A stretch of 64,000 nucleotides of DNA from Verrucomicrobiota bacterium (GTDB taxonomy: Bacteria > Verrucomicrobiota > Verrucomicrobiia > Limisphaerales > AAA164-E04): assembly GCA_047947115.1 (NCBI GenBank), contig CP170459.1, forward strand, positions 224,001 to 288,000. The letters run 5' to 3'. Made by a program: the position numbers and the translations under genes. Position 1 is the stretch's first letter. Each line of letters starts with the position of its first letter. The notes below the pieces were generated by a model that was not told where the DNA came from, did no database searches, and saw only the letters and a program-made list of their open reading frames with translations. Below are positions 40,007-50,261 of this stretch, in pieces.

Positions 40007-41575
40007 GTGAGCAATAAGAAATCCGATTCCGACAACCAGGGTATGGCGGCCAAATTGGTGCCTTTCCTTTATCTGACTGCGGCCATCAACGGCGGAGTGA
40101 TCCTGATCGTCGAGATCCTGGGAGCCAAGATGCTGTCGCCCTATTTCGGCACTTCGCATTTTGTATGGACCGCACAAATCGCGGCCACTTTGATTTCCCT
40201 GGCATTCGGATATTACTACGGCGGCCGAATGGCGGATCGCAAACCACACCTGGCTCGTTTGTTTTACGCCATGCTTTTTGCATCCATTTACCTGGCCATC
40301 GCTACGTTGGCCCTCGAGCCCGTCGCTTACTTCTTTCTCAAGTTCAAACTGGCGATGGGATCGCTGCTGATGGCGCTATTCCTGTTCTTTCCCCCATTAA
40401 CGCTGTTGGCCATCACCATTCCCTTCCTGGCAAGGATCACCACACAAACCACCCAGACCATCGGGGTCCAGGTAGGCCGATTGTCTGCCATCAGCACCTT
40501 CGGAAGTGTGGTGGGGACCGTGTTGATCAGTTATGTCCTGATCCCCCACCTCCCGAACACCTACACCATGCTCATGGTGGTAGGCCTCGAAATCGTCCTG
40601 GTTGTCCTTTACTTCCTGATGTTTGAAAAGGGATTCAAAAAGGCCCCCGGAGTTCTCCCCGGAATTGCGGCCGGAATATTACTTTCCATGGTGGCTGGAA
40701 GAGTGGAATCGGTGAAAAGCTCGGGGTTCGGCAAAGAACTGTTCCGCAAGAATTCCAATTTCGGACTGATGCAAGTCGTGGATTCCGATGCGGGAGATGT
40801 GCGGTATTACCTCAACGATTTTCTGACCCAAAACATCCACGATCCCAAAGCAGACAAAAGCCTGACGGTCTTTACCTACATGTTGCACGGACTGACACAC
40901 GCCTATCACGCCGCTCCGGAGAAAGTGCTGTGTATTGGTCTGGGAGTCGGCATCGTCCCCATGCAACTGGCCAATGAGGGCAGTGATGTGGAAGTGGTGG
41001 AGATCAATCCGGGTGTGGTCGAAATCGGAGAACAATTTTTCGGATTGGATCCAAGCAAACTGGACCTGCATATCGGTGACGGTCGCTATTTTCTGAACGC
41101 TTCGGAAGAACTCTACGACGTGGTGGTGCTCGATGCTTTCCTGGGGGATTCCTCACCTTCCCACCTGATGAGCCGCGAATGCTTCGAAAGCATGGCCAAA
41201 CGCATGAAGGAAGACTCCATTCTGGTCATCAATGCCTTCGGACATTTCGACCCGGGAGAGGATTTTTTCATGGCCTCGCTGGACAAGACCCTTCAATCGG
41301 TATTCGGCACGGTGCACATTCATGACGGCACACGCGGCAATGTTTTCTTTGTCGCTTCCAGGAAGGAAAATCTTAGGCCGCATCAAGCCATGGACATGAC
41401 CGATGTGCATCCCAGAATCCTGGCTTTCGTTGAAACAGCCTGGAAAAACAAGATGGAATCCAATCCAGAAAGCGGCATCATTCTCACGGACGATTACAAT
41501 CCGGTGGAATACTATGACGCAAACACACGTGAAGAAATCCGCCTGAACTTCGCCCTCAACATGCGAGGCAAGTAG
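40007..41575 (+). CDS. Fused membrane domain / spermidine synthase-like methyltransferase
   Basis: EILGAKMLSPYFGTS, GG.MADR; SAM-binding VLCIGLGVG, VEINP, GDGR, LDAF, LTDDYNP; GTG start. Confidence 0.88.
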   Translation: MSNKKSDSDNQGMAAKLVPFLYLTAAINGGVILIVEILGAKMLSPYFGTSHFVWTAQIAATLISLAFGYYYGGRMADRKPHLARLFYAMLFASIYLAIATLALEPVAYFFLKFKLAMGSLLMALFLFFPPLTLLAITIPFLARITTQTTQTIGVQVGRLSAISTFGSVVGTVLISYVLIPHLPNTYTMLMVVGLEIVLVVLYFLMFEKGFKKAPGVLPGIAAGILLSMVAGRVESVKSSGFGKELFRKNSNFGLMQVVDSDAGDVRYYLNDFLTQNIHDPKADKSLTVFTYMLHGLTHAYHAAPEKVLCIGLGVGIVPMQLANEGSDVEVVEINPGVVEIGEQFFGLDPSKLDLHIGDGRYFLNASEELYDVVVLDAFLGDSSPSHLMSRECFESMAKRMKEDSILVINAFGHFDPGEDFFMASLDKTLQSVFGTVHIHDGTRGNVFFVASRKENLRPHQAMDMTDVHPRILAFVETAWKNKMESNPESGIILTDDYNPVEYYDANTREEIRLNFALNMRGK

Positions 41576-41632
41576 TCCTGCGCAAAGTGTGCTGAATCAG
41601 GCACGATGATCGCCTCGCCAGGCGTGAATCAA

Positions 41633-41861
41633 GGTAGCGCCCCGCAATTGCAGGATCCTTGGCGCGCTCCTAAAGGTAATCGAACAGCAACCCGTTTCCG
41701 TTTTGGGAAGCCTTCGGTTTTCTAAAACCCATATACCTTCTGAATGCGGCAAATGGTGCTTTTCGATGGGATACACGTCGGGGTGTCCTTTGGATGGCAT
41801 TCTTGAAGAGGTATGCCTCAAGGGGCGGACCGGGATCCCGACGAGTCGGGAATCTACCTGC
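41633..41861 (+). repeat. Diverged copy of the 223-bp GTAG REP doublet, with short palindromes inside both REPs
   Basis: Shares GGGAAGCCT.CGGTT, TCCTTTGG, TTGAA.AGG.AT.CC.CAAGGGGCGGACCGGGA and ATCTACC with 1709-1919. Confidence 0.7.
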
Positions 41862-41947
41862 AGCGCGGTATCCTCATTCCAAAATTCAAAATCTATCCTA
41901 CAAAAAAGTTGAAACAATTTCATGCAGGACCGTGCTTTTACGGTAGA

Positions 41948-42460
41948 ATGGAATGGATGACGATAACTGAGGTAATTGGATTATTTTTGACCGAAATAGT
42001 AATGATGGTGGGTGCCGTTGGAAGTGTCATTCCGGCAATCCCCAGTACACCGGTCGTTTTTATAGCGGCGTTGGGGCACAAGCTCTACTTCGGAGAATCC
42101 AGTGCCAGTGTGGGCGTGATGCTCGTGCTGGGTCTGGTCATGATGTTTTCCCTGATCCTCGATTACGTGGCCAGTCTGATTGGGGCCCGGAAACTCGGGG
42201 CAACCTGGAAAGGTGTGGTCGGGGCTTTGTTGGGCGGCATGTTTGGTTTGCTGCTGGGCCCCTGGGGAATATTGATCGGCCCGTTCGTCGGAGCGCTTGC
42301 ATTCGAAATGATCGGTGGCCGCAACTTCGACGAAGCCACCAAAGCCGGCACCGGAGCATTACTGGGCATTCTGGCAGGAACACTGGGCAAATTTGTCTGC
42401 GCCATCGGGATGGCCGGCCTTTTTGCGGCGGATGTCATCATCCGCGCGTTCGGCTGGTGA
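41948..42460 (+). CDS. DUF456 family membrane protein
   Basis: GSVIPAIP, DYVA..IGARKLGA, GPWGILIGPFVGA..FE. Confidence 0.85.
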   Translation: MEWMTITEVIGLFLTEIVMMVGAVGSVIPAIPSTPVVFIAALGHKLYFGESSASVGVMLVLGLVMMFSLILDYVASLIGARKLGATWKGVVGALLGGMFGLLLGPWGILIGPFVGALAFEMIGGRNFDEATKAGTGALLGILAGTLGKFVCAIGMAGLFAADVIIRAFGW

Positions 42461-42471
42461 TCCGGAAAATT

Positions 42472-44010
42472 CTACGAGGAATCCCGCATCATGGCATCCA
42501 CTTTGTCGCGCACGGTGGCGTCCATTTTGATCAATGGAGGCCATTCGCGCTGAAACCCTTCGCCGGATAACTTACGTGTCGCATCGAACCCAAGTTTGGT
42601 TCCGATTCCCATGGCTTCGGTCGCATGATCCAGCACATCGGCGGGACCTTTCGTGAAGATGGTGTCCCGTCTCGGTTCCGTGTTGGAACACAGGCGGAAC
42701 AGGACTTCACTGGTATTGTGCACATCCACATCGTCATCCACCACCACGATGTATTTGGTGAACATCATTTGGCCCATGCCCCACAATCCATGCATGATTT
42801 TGAAAGCCTGCATCGGGTAGGTTTTGCGGATGCTCACGAAAACCAGATTGTGAAAGACTCCCTCTGCGGGCAGTGCGATGTCCACAATCTCCGGAAAGTT
42901 CATTTTGAAAACGGGCAGAAACAACTGCACACTCGCCTTGCCCATGTAGAAATCTTCCATGGGTGGAACCCCAACGATGGTTGCGGGGTAAATGGCGTCT
43001 TTTCGATGGGTGATCGCCGTGATGTGGAACACGGGATACGGCTCCGGCAAGGTATAAAACCCAGTGTGATCGCCGAAAGGACCTTCATCACGCAAGGGCT
43101 CTTTGGGATCGATGTAACCTTCGATCACAAAATCGGCATTGGCAGGCACCTGGAGGTCGTTGGTTTCACATTGAACCATTTCGATGGATTTTTTACGCAG
43201 ATACCCGGCAAGCAGGAACTCATCCAATCCATCCGGCAAGGGTGCCGTCGCGGCAAAAGGAAAGACCGGATCCCCCCCAAGGAAGATACTCACCGGCATC
43301 CGTTGCCCGGTTTCGTAATAACGTCGACCATGTCGGGCGGCAACCTTTTGAAGCTGCCAATGCATGCCTGTGGTTTGATCATCGTATATCTGAACGCGAT
43401 ACATGCCCAGATTCCCCTCACCGGTGTCCGGATCTCTGGTGACCACACAGGGCAGTGTGATGAACCGCCCCCCATCCAAAGGCCAGCATTTCAAAATCGG
43501 CAAATCCTTAAGCGTCGGCACAGAACGCTCATCGCTTGACGGATCCCGATCGGCAGACGGAGCCTGGGGCCAGGGTTCCGAACGGGTTTCCGGGGCGTCG
43601 AATCGATGGATCACTTCCTTGCAAGGGCCGGATTTCACCTTTTTGGGGCGTGTATGTCGCAGGTCCATGGCCGTACCAAGGAGCTTCATCGCATCCTTCA
43701 GTCCGGTGGGTGGTTTGGCTTTCATCAGACTGCCCAGCTCGGTTGCCACGGATGCCACGGAATCCGCCCCCATGGACAAAGCCATACGGCGGTCTGATCC
43801 CATGGTGTTGATGGCCACCGGAAAAGGCGAGACCACCCCGTTGACAGTGGGTTGCTCAAACAGCAACGCCTTTCCGCCACCAGGTTTTTTCATTTCCCGG
43901 TCGGTGATTTCGGTGATTTCCAATTCGGTGGCCACGGGTTCCTTGATACGAACCAGCTCACCCATTGCTTCCAGTTTTTCGACAAAATCCCTATATGATC
44001 CAAATGCCAT
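42472..44010 (-). CDS. ubiD: UbiD-family prenylated-FMN decarboxylase (menaquinone-biosynthesis type)
   Basis: WPLDGGRFITLP, NLGMYRVQ, EGPFGDHTGFY, VGVPPMED, GLWGMGQMMFTK. Confidence 0.9.
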   Translation of the reverse strand: MAFGSYRDFVEKLEAMGELVRIKEPVATELEITEITDREMKKPGGGKALLFEQPTVNGVVSPFPVAINTMGSDRRMALSMGADSVASVATELGSLMKAKPPTGLKDAMKLLGTAMDLRHTRPKKVKSGPCKEVIHRFDAPETRSEPWPQAPSADRDPSSDERSVPTLKDLPILKCWPLDGGRFITLPCVVTRDPDTGEGNLGMYRVQIYDDQTTGMHWQLQKVAARHGRRYYETGQRMPVSIFLGGDPVFPFAATAPLPDGLDEFLLAGYLRKKSIEMVQCETNDLQVPANADFVIEGYIDPKEPLRDEGPFGDHTGFYTLPEPYPVFHITAITHRKDAIYPATIVGVPPMEDFYMGKASVQLFLPVFKMNFPEIVDIALPAEGVFHNLVFVSIRKTYPMQAFKIMHGLWGMGQMMFTKYIVVVDDDVDVHNTSEVLFRLCSNTEPRRDTIFTKGPADVLDHATEAMGIGTKLGFDATRKLSGEGFQREWPPLIKMDATVRDKVDAMMRDSS

Positions 44011-44276
44011 GCTCCGGACAGCCTACCAGAGTTTCTTCCGGATTCAATGGAACAGAACAAAGATATCACCGAGTTTGTTGTGAAGGTTAAGATTGGATCA
44101 AATTCTGGTCTTGCTGCCCGATCGAATGTCCGGTATCAATCCGAGCGTTCAAAGAAGCACGAAACGATCTCGCCTTGATCGGATTCCAATGGGATTCGTC
44201 GATTGTAAAAGACAATGGTATCGCACCGGTTTTAGTCTGTGCCCCACTGATCAATATCCGGAAACACTATCAAACA

Positions 44277-45119
44277 ATGCAAACTTTGGAAAAAATGGAA
44301 CCCATGTCGGCAGGGCAAATCCTGGACCGTACGCTCAAACTTTACTCTCATCACTGGAGCTTGCTGCTCGGGATCTCAGCTGTCCTGACCTTACCGGCGG
44401 CGGGGATCATGATCGCGATCAATTCCTTCACACAACATGCTCTGCGAAATCAGAACACATCGGGAATGTTGATCGGAGGAATTTTGAATCTGGTGGCCAT
44501 CTGCCTGTATGGATTTGTGATCTATCCCTGGGCGCAGGGAGCCTCAACCTTTGCCATCAGCGAACGTTATCTCAACCGTGAAGTGGGCATCGGACAGGCA
44601 ATTGGTTTTGGTTGGCGACGTTTGGGCACTTTATTCAATGTATCGATGTCGATCGGCCTGCGGGTTTTCATTGGTATGCTGCTCTTCGTTGTGCCCGGCA
44701 TCATGTGGGCTTGCTCTTATGTGGCGGCATTGCCGGCGGTGATTATCGAGGGTGGCAAAGCCAGGGATGGCATGCAACGCAGCCGCGAACTGGCCGATGG
44801 GAGACGATGGAGCGTTTTCACCGTACTCATGACCATCTGGCTGCTGAGCATCCTCCTTAATATCGCCTTTTACTTTGTGGTGGACATCGGATTTGGAGCT
44901 TCGACTTTCTTGGGAGACTTGATTTACAACGTCATCAGCCAGGGCATTGGGATCCTGCTGACGCCGGTCGGCGTGATCGCCGCGACACTGCTTTATTATG
45001 ATTTCCGCATACGAAAGGAGGGATTCGACCTGGAAATGCTGCAACAAACGTTGCACGAGGAATTCAGCACAGAATCGGATGACCAACAACCTCCCTTCAA
45101 TCGAGACCAGGGATTCTAA
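44277..45119 (+). CDS. Integral membrane protein (GPDPase membrane-domain-like) of the MoxR operon
   Basis: PMSAGQILDRT, PAVIIEG...RSRELA, LLYYDFRIRKEGFDLE. Confidence 0.75.
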   Translation: MQTLEKMEPMSAGQILDRTLKLYSHHWSLLLGISAVLTLPAAGIMIAINSFTQHALRNQNTSGMLIGGILNLVAICLYGFVIYPWAQGASTFAISERYLNREVGIGQAIGFGWRRLGTLFNVSMSIGLRVFIGMLLFVVPGIMWACSYVAALPAVIIEGGKARDGMQRSRELADGRRWSVFTVLMTIWLLSILLNIAFYFVVDIGFGASTFLGDLIYNVISQGIGILLTPVGVIAATLLYYDFRIRKEGFDLEMLQQTLHEEFSTESDDQQPPFNRDQGF

Positions 45120-45167
45120 CACCTTGGCATGATTCGATAAAATCAAAGGCCCCTTCAAGATCGAAAC

Positions 45168-45806
45168 ATGGCCCAGGCTCAATCAATGTTCGATGACGAG
45201 ATCATTCGCGAAAGCGCTCGCGACATCCTCGAACAATCGGAGTTCCGGGAGGAAGAGGCCGCCTATGTCATCCAAAAATGGCTGAGCAAACTGGGCGACT
45301 GGTTGGGATCCTTTCAGGATTGGACCGCTGATCATCCTATCTACACCTGGCTGATCATCATCGGCCTGCTCATCATCCTGATTCTGCTGGTCACCCATAT
45401 CATCTACACAGCGTTCGGAGATAGTTTCGGCGCAAAAAAAAACCAGCTCGACTGCACGGGAACCGGACGATCCATGGAAGTCCTGGAAGGAAAGGCTTCG
45501 AGCTGGCGGGAAGGACTGGACAAAGCCAAGTCCGCGCTGGCATCCGGACAACTGCATGAAGCGATCTGGATCGGCCATCGTGTCTTGTTGGGATTGCTGG
45601 ATGAAATCGGATGCATCCAATTCCAAGGCCATAAAACAAACACCACCTATCTCCGGGAACTGGGTCAGCACCATGCCTGGTTCGACCTGTTGAACCGGTT
45701 CACCCACACTTACGAAACGAACGTCTATGGATGCAAGCAAAGCGAAGTGGAAGAAATCCGCACGCTGCTTGGCGAAGTGGTCACATGTGTGGAGGAATCC
45801 TCATGA
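45168..45806 (+). CDS. DUF4129-like protein
   Basis: One TM segment, then HKTNTTYLREL...FTHTYE..VYG. Confidence 0.7.
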   Translation: MAQAQSMFDDEIIRESARDILEQSEFREEEAAYVIQKWLSKLGDWLGSFQDWTADHPIYTWLIIIGLLIILILLVTHIIYTAFGDSFGAKKNQLDCTGTGRSMEVLEGKASSWREGLDKAKSALASGQLHEAIWIGHRVLLGLLDEIGCIQFQGHKTNTTYLRELGQHHAWFDLLNRFTHTYETNVYGCKQSEVEEIRTLLGEVVTCVEESS

Positions 45807-47083
45807 ACACCGAACAGAAGAATCGACTCATCGTCTTCTCAGCGCTGGCCTGTTTCTTTTTACTCATGGCTTTGGTGACACTTCTTTCTCCAAAGGCAAA
45901 CCATGACCTGCTGAACCGACCAAGCACCTATTACACCGACAAGACCGGAGCCAAGGGACTCCTGCTGGTTTTGCGGGAATTTCTTCCCTCCGTCACCCAA
46001 TGGCGCAAACCATTCGCCGTGGTTGCCGGGCACCAACATCTCAATCAAGACATTGACACATTGATCGTCGCCTCACCAAGCCGCCCTCTTGGACCGCATG
46101 AAACAGACGCCCTCTTGAGCTGGGTGGAACAGGGCGGCCAACTCATTCTGGCCCTGGAGGAGGACTGGGCCATTTCGGACCAGCCTCTCCAAAGACAGAA
46201 CGACTGGCTCAACAAACGCCGCCAGAAGGCGCTGCAAATGAAACCCGATGAGAACGGTTCTCAAGCAATCGACAATGGTTTACTGAAGGGATTGGAACTC
46301 GGTTTTGATGTGGAACGTCAGCAGCAATACTCGTTCTCCGAGTGGTCGACACCAGGGGAAAACCTTCCGGCTTACATGATCAAATCCCGGGAAGCATCAA
46401 CCTGGGAAGGGGCGTTTGAACCCTTCGTGGTCGGGGAAAACAATGAACCGCCAGTTGTCAGCAGACCCATGGGAATGGGGCGCATTCTGGTCATTGGTCA
46501 TGGCTCGATGATCTCAAACGAAGCAATGATGGACTCCGACAACGCCATCTGGTGGACCCGCATCTGTGGCTCCTGGGGCAACGGACGCGTCGCTTTTGAC
46601 GAATATCATCACGGATTTGCCGAACGCCGGGAATTTTCATCATTGGCAGGCGATTTCATCCGTACCCCCTGGGGTTGGTTCACGGTTCAAGCCATGCTTG
46701 CCGGTGGAGTATTCATGTTGCTCACCAAACGTCGCCTGGGTCGAATCTATGAAAAACCGGTCACAAACACGCGTGAAACGCTCAAGCTGCTCCAGGCTCG
46801 ATCCTCCATGCTTGAACAAGCTCAACCGACACGGTTGTCGGCACAATGGATAGCTCATACCCTGGCGCTGGATCTGACACAAGGAGGTCTGAATGTCCCC
46901 TGGAGAGACTGGATTCAAGCCCAGGCCGAACACACACAAGACAGTGAAATCGGGGGCCACTGGAAACGGTTGATCGATCAACTCAACAAACTGGACCAAT
47001 CGACATCCAGCGATGAAGCAACGCTGAAACACCTCAGCCAAACAGCCACTACCATTCAACACTTTTATCGTCATGAACATTGA
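45803..47083 (+). CDS. DUF4350 domain-containing protein
   Basis: N-terminal TM, PSTY...GAKGL, WVEQGGQLIL, VAFDEYHHG, TM then RRLG; ATGA overlap. Confidence 0.78.
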   Translation: MNTEQKNRLIVFSALACFFLLMALVTLLSPKANHDLLNRPSTYYTDKTGAKGLLLVLREFLPSVTQWRKPFAVVAGHQHLNQDIDTLIVASPSRPLGPHETDALLSWVEQGGQLILALEEDWAISDQPLQRQNDWLNKRRQKALQMKPDENGSQAIDNGLLKGLELGFDVERQQQYSFSEWSTPGENLPAYMIKSREASTWEGAFEPFVVGENNEPPVVSRPMGMGRILVIGHGSMISNEAMMDSDNAIWWTRICGSWGNGRVAFDEYHHGFAERREFSSLAGDFIRTPWGWFTVQAMLAGGVFMLLTKRRLGRIYEKPVTNTRETLKLLQARSSMLEQAQPTRLSAQWIAHTLALDLTQGGLNVPWRDWIQAQAEHTQDSEIGGHWKRLIDQLNKLDQSTSSDEATLKHLSQTATTIQHFYRHEH

Positions 47084-48059
47084 ACCTCAAGAAGACCCCA
47101 TCCCCGAAGAAACAACGGGACGCACTCTGGCCAGCCAGGTCCAGGAGCAGCTCCAGACCGTTATCAGCGGACAGGAATCCGTCATTCAAGGATTGCTGAC
47201 ATGCCTCGTCGCAGGCGGACACGGCCTGCTGGAAGGCGTCCCCGGCGTCGCCAAGACGTTACTTGTAAAATGCCTCGCGGCCAGCTCGGACTGTGACTAC
47301 TCCCGCATCCAGTTCACCCCCGACCTGATGCCCAACGACATCACCGGGGTGAACATATATGATCAAAACGAAAACCGTTTTCAATTCCGCAAAGGCCCTG
47401 TTTTCGGAGACATCGTTCTCGCCGATGAAATCAATCGTGCCCCCGCCAAAACCCAGGCCGCCCTGTTGGAAGCCATGCAGGAAAAACAGGTGAGTATCGA
47501 CGGTGAACGCCATGCACTCTCGGAACTGTTCACCGTCGTGGCAACACAGAATCCGGTGGATTACGAAGGTACCTATCCCCTCCCTGAAGCCCAATTGGAC
47601 CGGTTCCTCATGAAGTTGCATGTCCCCTACCCATCCGAAGACGCTGAGTTGGAAATCCTCCAGCGCATGCACGCACTCGGGGACGCCGCCCCCAAACCGG
47701 AACAGCAAATCCAGGCGGTAATCCAACGCAACGACCTCGCCGCCATGAGATCCCAGGCCAGGGCCTTGCCTATCGAAGCGCCCGTGATGCAATACATCAT
47801 CAGCATCATCCGCAAGTCCCGATCCCTTCAAAGCATCGCCCTCGGAGCCAGTCCACGAGCCGCCGTGATGCTCATGGATGCGGCCAAAGCCCTGGCAGTT
47901 CTCCGCGCAAAAGAATTCGTCACACCCGATGAAGTTCAAACGCTCGCCTGTCCCGTGTTGAGGCATCGCATACGCCTGACACCCGAAGCAGAGGTGGAAG
48001 GACTGAGCCCCGACTCATGTATTCAGGAACTCCTTCAACAAGTCCCCATACCCCGCTAA
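47073..48059 (+). CDS. moxR: MoxR-family AAA+ ATPase
   Basis: LLEGVPGVAKT, RIQFTPDLMP, DEINRAPAKTQAALLEAMQE, GTYPLPEAQLDRF, GASPRA. Confidence 0.95.
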   Translation: MNIEPQEDPIPEETTGRTLASQVQEQLQTVISGQESVIQGLLTCLVAGGHGLLEGVPGVAKTLLVKCLAASSDCDYSRIQFTPDLMPNDITGVNIYDQNENRFQFRKGPVFGDIVLADEINRAPAKTQAALLEAMQEKQVSIDGERHALSELFTVVATQNPVDYEGTYPLPEAQLDRFLMKLHVPYPSEDAELEILQRMHALGDAAPKPEQQIQAVIQRNDLAAMRSQARALPIEAPVMQYIISIIRKSRSLQSIALGASPRAAVMLMDAAKALAVLRAKEFVTPDEVQTLACPVLRHRIRLTPEAEVEGLSPDSCIQELLQQVPIPR

Positions 48060-48060
48060 C

Positions 48061-49395
48061 ATGGGACGCTTTCGGCTCAACTGGATTCCAGGCACCCCTG
48101 GCCTCATTTGGCTGGTAATCGGAGGTCTGTGCTGGCTGCCTGTGACGGTGTTGGGCGAATCGGCTTTGATATTTGGAGCCGTGTTTTGGGTAGGATGGCT
48201 GACTTTTCTGTTCATGAAAGCAAAACAGATCCCCAAAAAAGCATCCGTTCACATCAAACGCAGAACCCCGGCGCGATTCCTGTCAGGACGTTCCGCAACA
48301 ATCCATTTATCCATCGAAAACCACAGTTCACTCCCCGTTCTGATTCATCTTCATGATGAAGTTCCGGACAGGTTTGAATTGGACAAAGAATTTGCCCCCA
48401 TTCAGATCGGAGCACACCAAACAATCACCGTTTCCTACGAAATCCGCCCGTACCAACGGGGCATGCAATCCTTCGGAAAATGTGTCGCCCGCCTGGCCGC
48501 TCCCGGCGCCTGGATCTGGAGAGAATTCCAATGGGACATTGAAGAAACCGTCAAGGTCTATCCGGACTTCAAACTCATCCCCGAAGAACGTCTCACAGCA
48601 AAAATGCTGCTCAAAGACTGGCACGTGAAACGTCCGAGAAAGAAACGCGGCGAAGGCCACGAATTCGAAAACCTCCGTCCCTATGTGACAGGGGACGACA
48701 CCCGTCACGTGGACTGGAAAGCTTCCGCACGAAGGCAAAAACTCATCGTGCGTCAGCTCCAGGTGGAACGCGGGCAGCAAATCGCCATCATGCTCGACTG
48801 TGGGCGTTTGATGAGCGAAACCATTTCCGGCGCGACACGCCTGGATCATTCAATGAACGCCGCCCTGATGCTCGGCCAGGTCGCCAGCAAGCGCGGGGAT
48901 AACATGTCCCTAGTCTGCTTCTCGAATCAAATCCACGCCTACATGCCTTCCAGCAAGGGCCGAGGCGTCCTGCACCGCATGATGGAAACGCTTTACCATG
49001 TCGAAGCCTCCCCTGTGGAATCCGACTATTGGCAAGTCACCGCGGAAGCCATGCATCTGCTGAAGCGCAGAAGCCTGATTGTGTTTTTCACCGACGTGTT
49101 GGATCTTTCTGGCAGCGTCGGATTGGCAAACAATCTCGCACGCGCCACATCCAGGCATCTGGTTCTTTGTGTGGTCATGTCCGAACCCGGCATCTTGAAG
49201 GCAGCGCGTCAAATGCCGAACACCCAACATGAAGTTTATGAAAAGGCAGCCGCTTCCCAACTGCTTATCAAACGCCATCTGGCCCTGGAAAAAATGCGTT
49301 CCAAGGGTATTCTTGTGTTGGAAACCACACCGGAAGCGTTGACCGTCAACCTGATCCGACGCTATATCGAAATCCGCATGAGCAACCTCCAATAA
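48061..49395 (+). CDS. DUF58 domain-containing protein (VWA-like)
   Basis: GEGHEFENLRPYVTGDDTRHVDWKASAR, LDCGRLM, RRSLIVFFTD. Confidence 0.9.
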   Translation: MGRFRLNWIPGTPGLIWLVIGGLCWLPVTVLGESALIFGAVFWVGWLTFLFMKAKQIPKKASVHIKRRTPARFLSGRSATIHLSIENHSSLPVLIHLHDEVPDRFELDKEFAPIQIGAHQTITVSYEIRPYQRGMQSFGKCVARLAAPGAWIWREFQWDIEETVKVYPDFKLIPEERLTAKMLLKDWHVKRPRKKRGEGHEFENLRPYVTGDDTRHVDWKASARRQKLIVRQLQVERGQQIAIMLDCGRLMSETISGATRLDHSMNAALMLGQVASKRGDNMSLVCFSNQIHAYMPSSKGRGVLHRMMETLYHVEASPVESDYWQVTAEAMHLLKRRSLIVFFTDVLDLSGSVGLANNLARATSRHLVLCVVMSEPGILKAARQMPNTQHEVYEKAAASQLLIKRHLALEKMRSKGILVLETTPEALTVNLIRRYIEIRMSNLQ

Positions 49396-49400
49396 ACGTC

Positions 49401-50258
49401 ATGAAAGACTCCATCTTCCTCTCCACCCCCGAACACGCTTCTCTTGAATTCGAGCTGGCCGGTCTGGGATCGCGTTTCATGGCGCATGCCATTGATCTGA
49501 TGGTGATCGGTGCCGTGTTGATCGTATTTTGGCTGTTTATCATCCTGGGACCACTGGCCTTCCTGGTTCGTGATGCGCTTGGTTCGGCTGAAGTATTCGG
49601 CTCCTACGGCATCGCCATGATGATTTTGATCTCCTTTGTGTTGCTATGGGGCTACTATTTCCTGCTCGAAGGATACTACCAGGGAACCACCCCCGGCAAA
49701 AAAGCCATGGGCATCCGGGTGATCAGGGAAGATGGATTGCCGATCGGATATTATGAAGCGGCGGTGAGGAATTTCGTCAGGGCAGCGGATGCGTTTCCGC
49801 CCCCGACTTATTTTCTGGGTGGAATCGTGATGCAAGTCGATTCAACAGGCAAACGTCTCGGTGACATGGTGGCGGGCACCATTGTCATTCGCGAATCCTT
49901 TCCCCAGGCAATCGAATCCCGCACCGGAGCAGCCTGGGCAGCGCGAGTCGAGAAAGGTCACTCCCGGAAACCACTCTCCCTGCCGGGCGGCGATGTCACC
50001 GTCAGGCAAATGGACCTGATCGAACAATATCTGAACCGTCGAACTTCCTTTCCCCTCGAACGTCGACAGGAACTGGCACAATCGATGGCCGCTCCCCTTT
50101 GGAAAATCGCAGGTCTGCAAAAACCCGATGAAACCTCAATCACCGGCATCCTGCAGCGTGATGAAAAATTCCTCCAACACTTGCTCGATCAGGCGAACGA
50201 GGACGGCGCTCATTCCACGACATTACAAATCCCAAAACCTGAATCCTCGTTTTTTTGA
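49401..50258 (+). CDS. RDD family protein
   Basis: TPE..L.FELAGLGSRFMAHAID, GTTPGKKAMGIRV, KRLGDMVAGTIV. Confidence 0.9.
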   Translation: MKDSIFLSTPEHASLEFELAGLGSRFMAHAIDLMVIGAVLIVFWLFIILGPLAFLVRDALGSAEVFGSYGIAMMILISFVLLWGYYFLLEGYYQGTTPGKKAMGIRVIREDGLPIGYYEAAVRNFVRAADAFPPPTYFLGGIVMQVDSTGKRLGDMVAGTIVIRESFPQAIESRTGAAWAARVEKGHSRKPLSLPGGDVTVRQMDLIEQYLNRRTSFPLERRQELAQSMAAPLWKIAGLQKPDETSITGILQRDEKFLQHLLDQANEDGAHSTTLQIPKPESSFF

Positions 50259-50261
50259 ACG

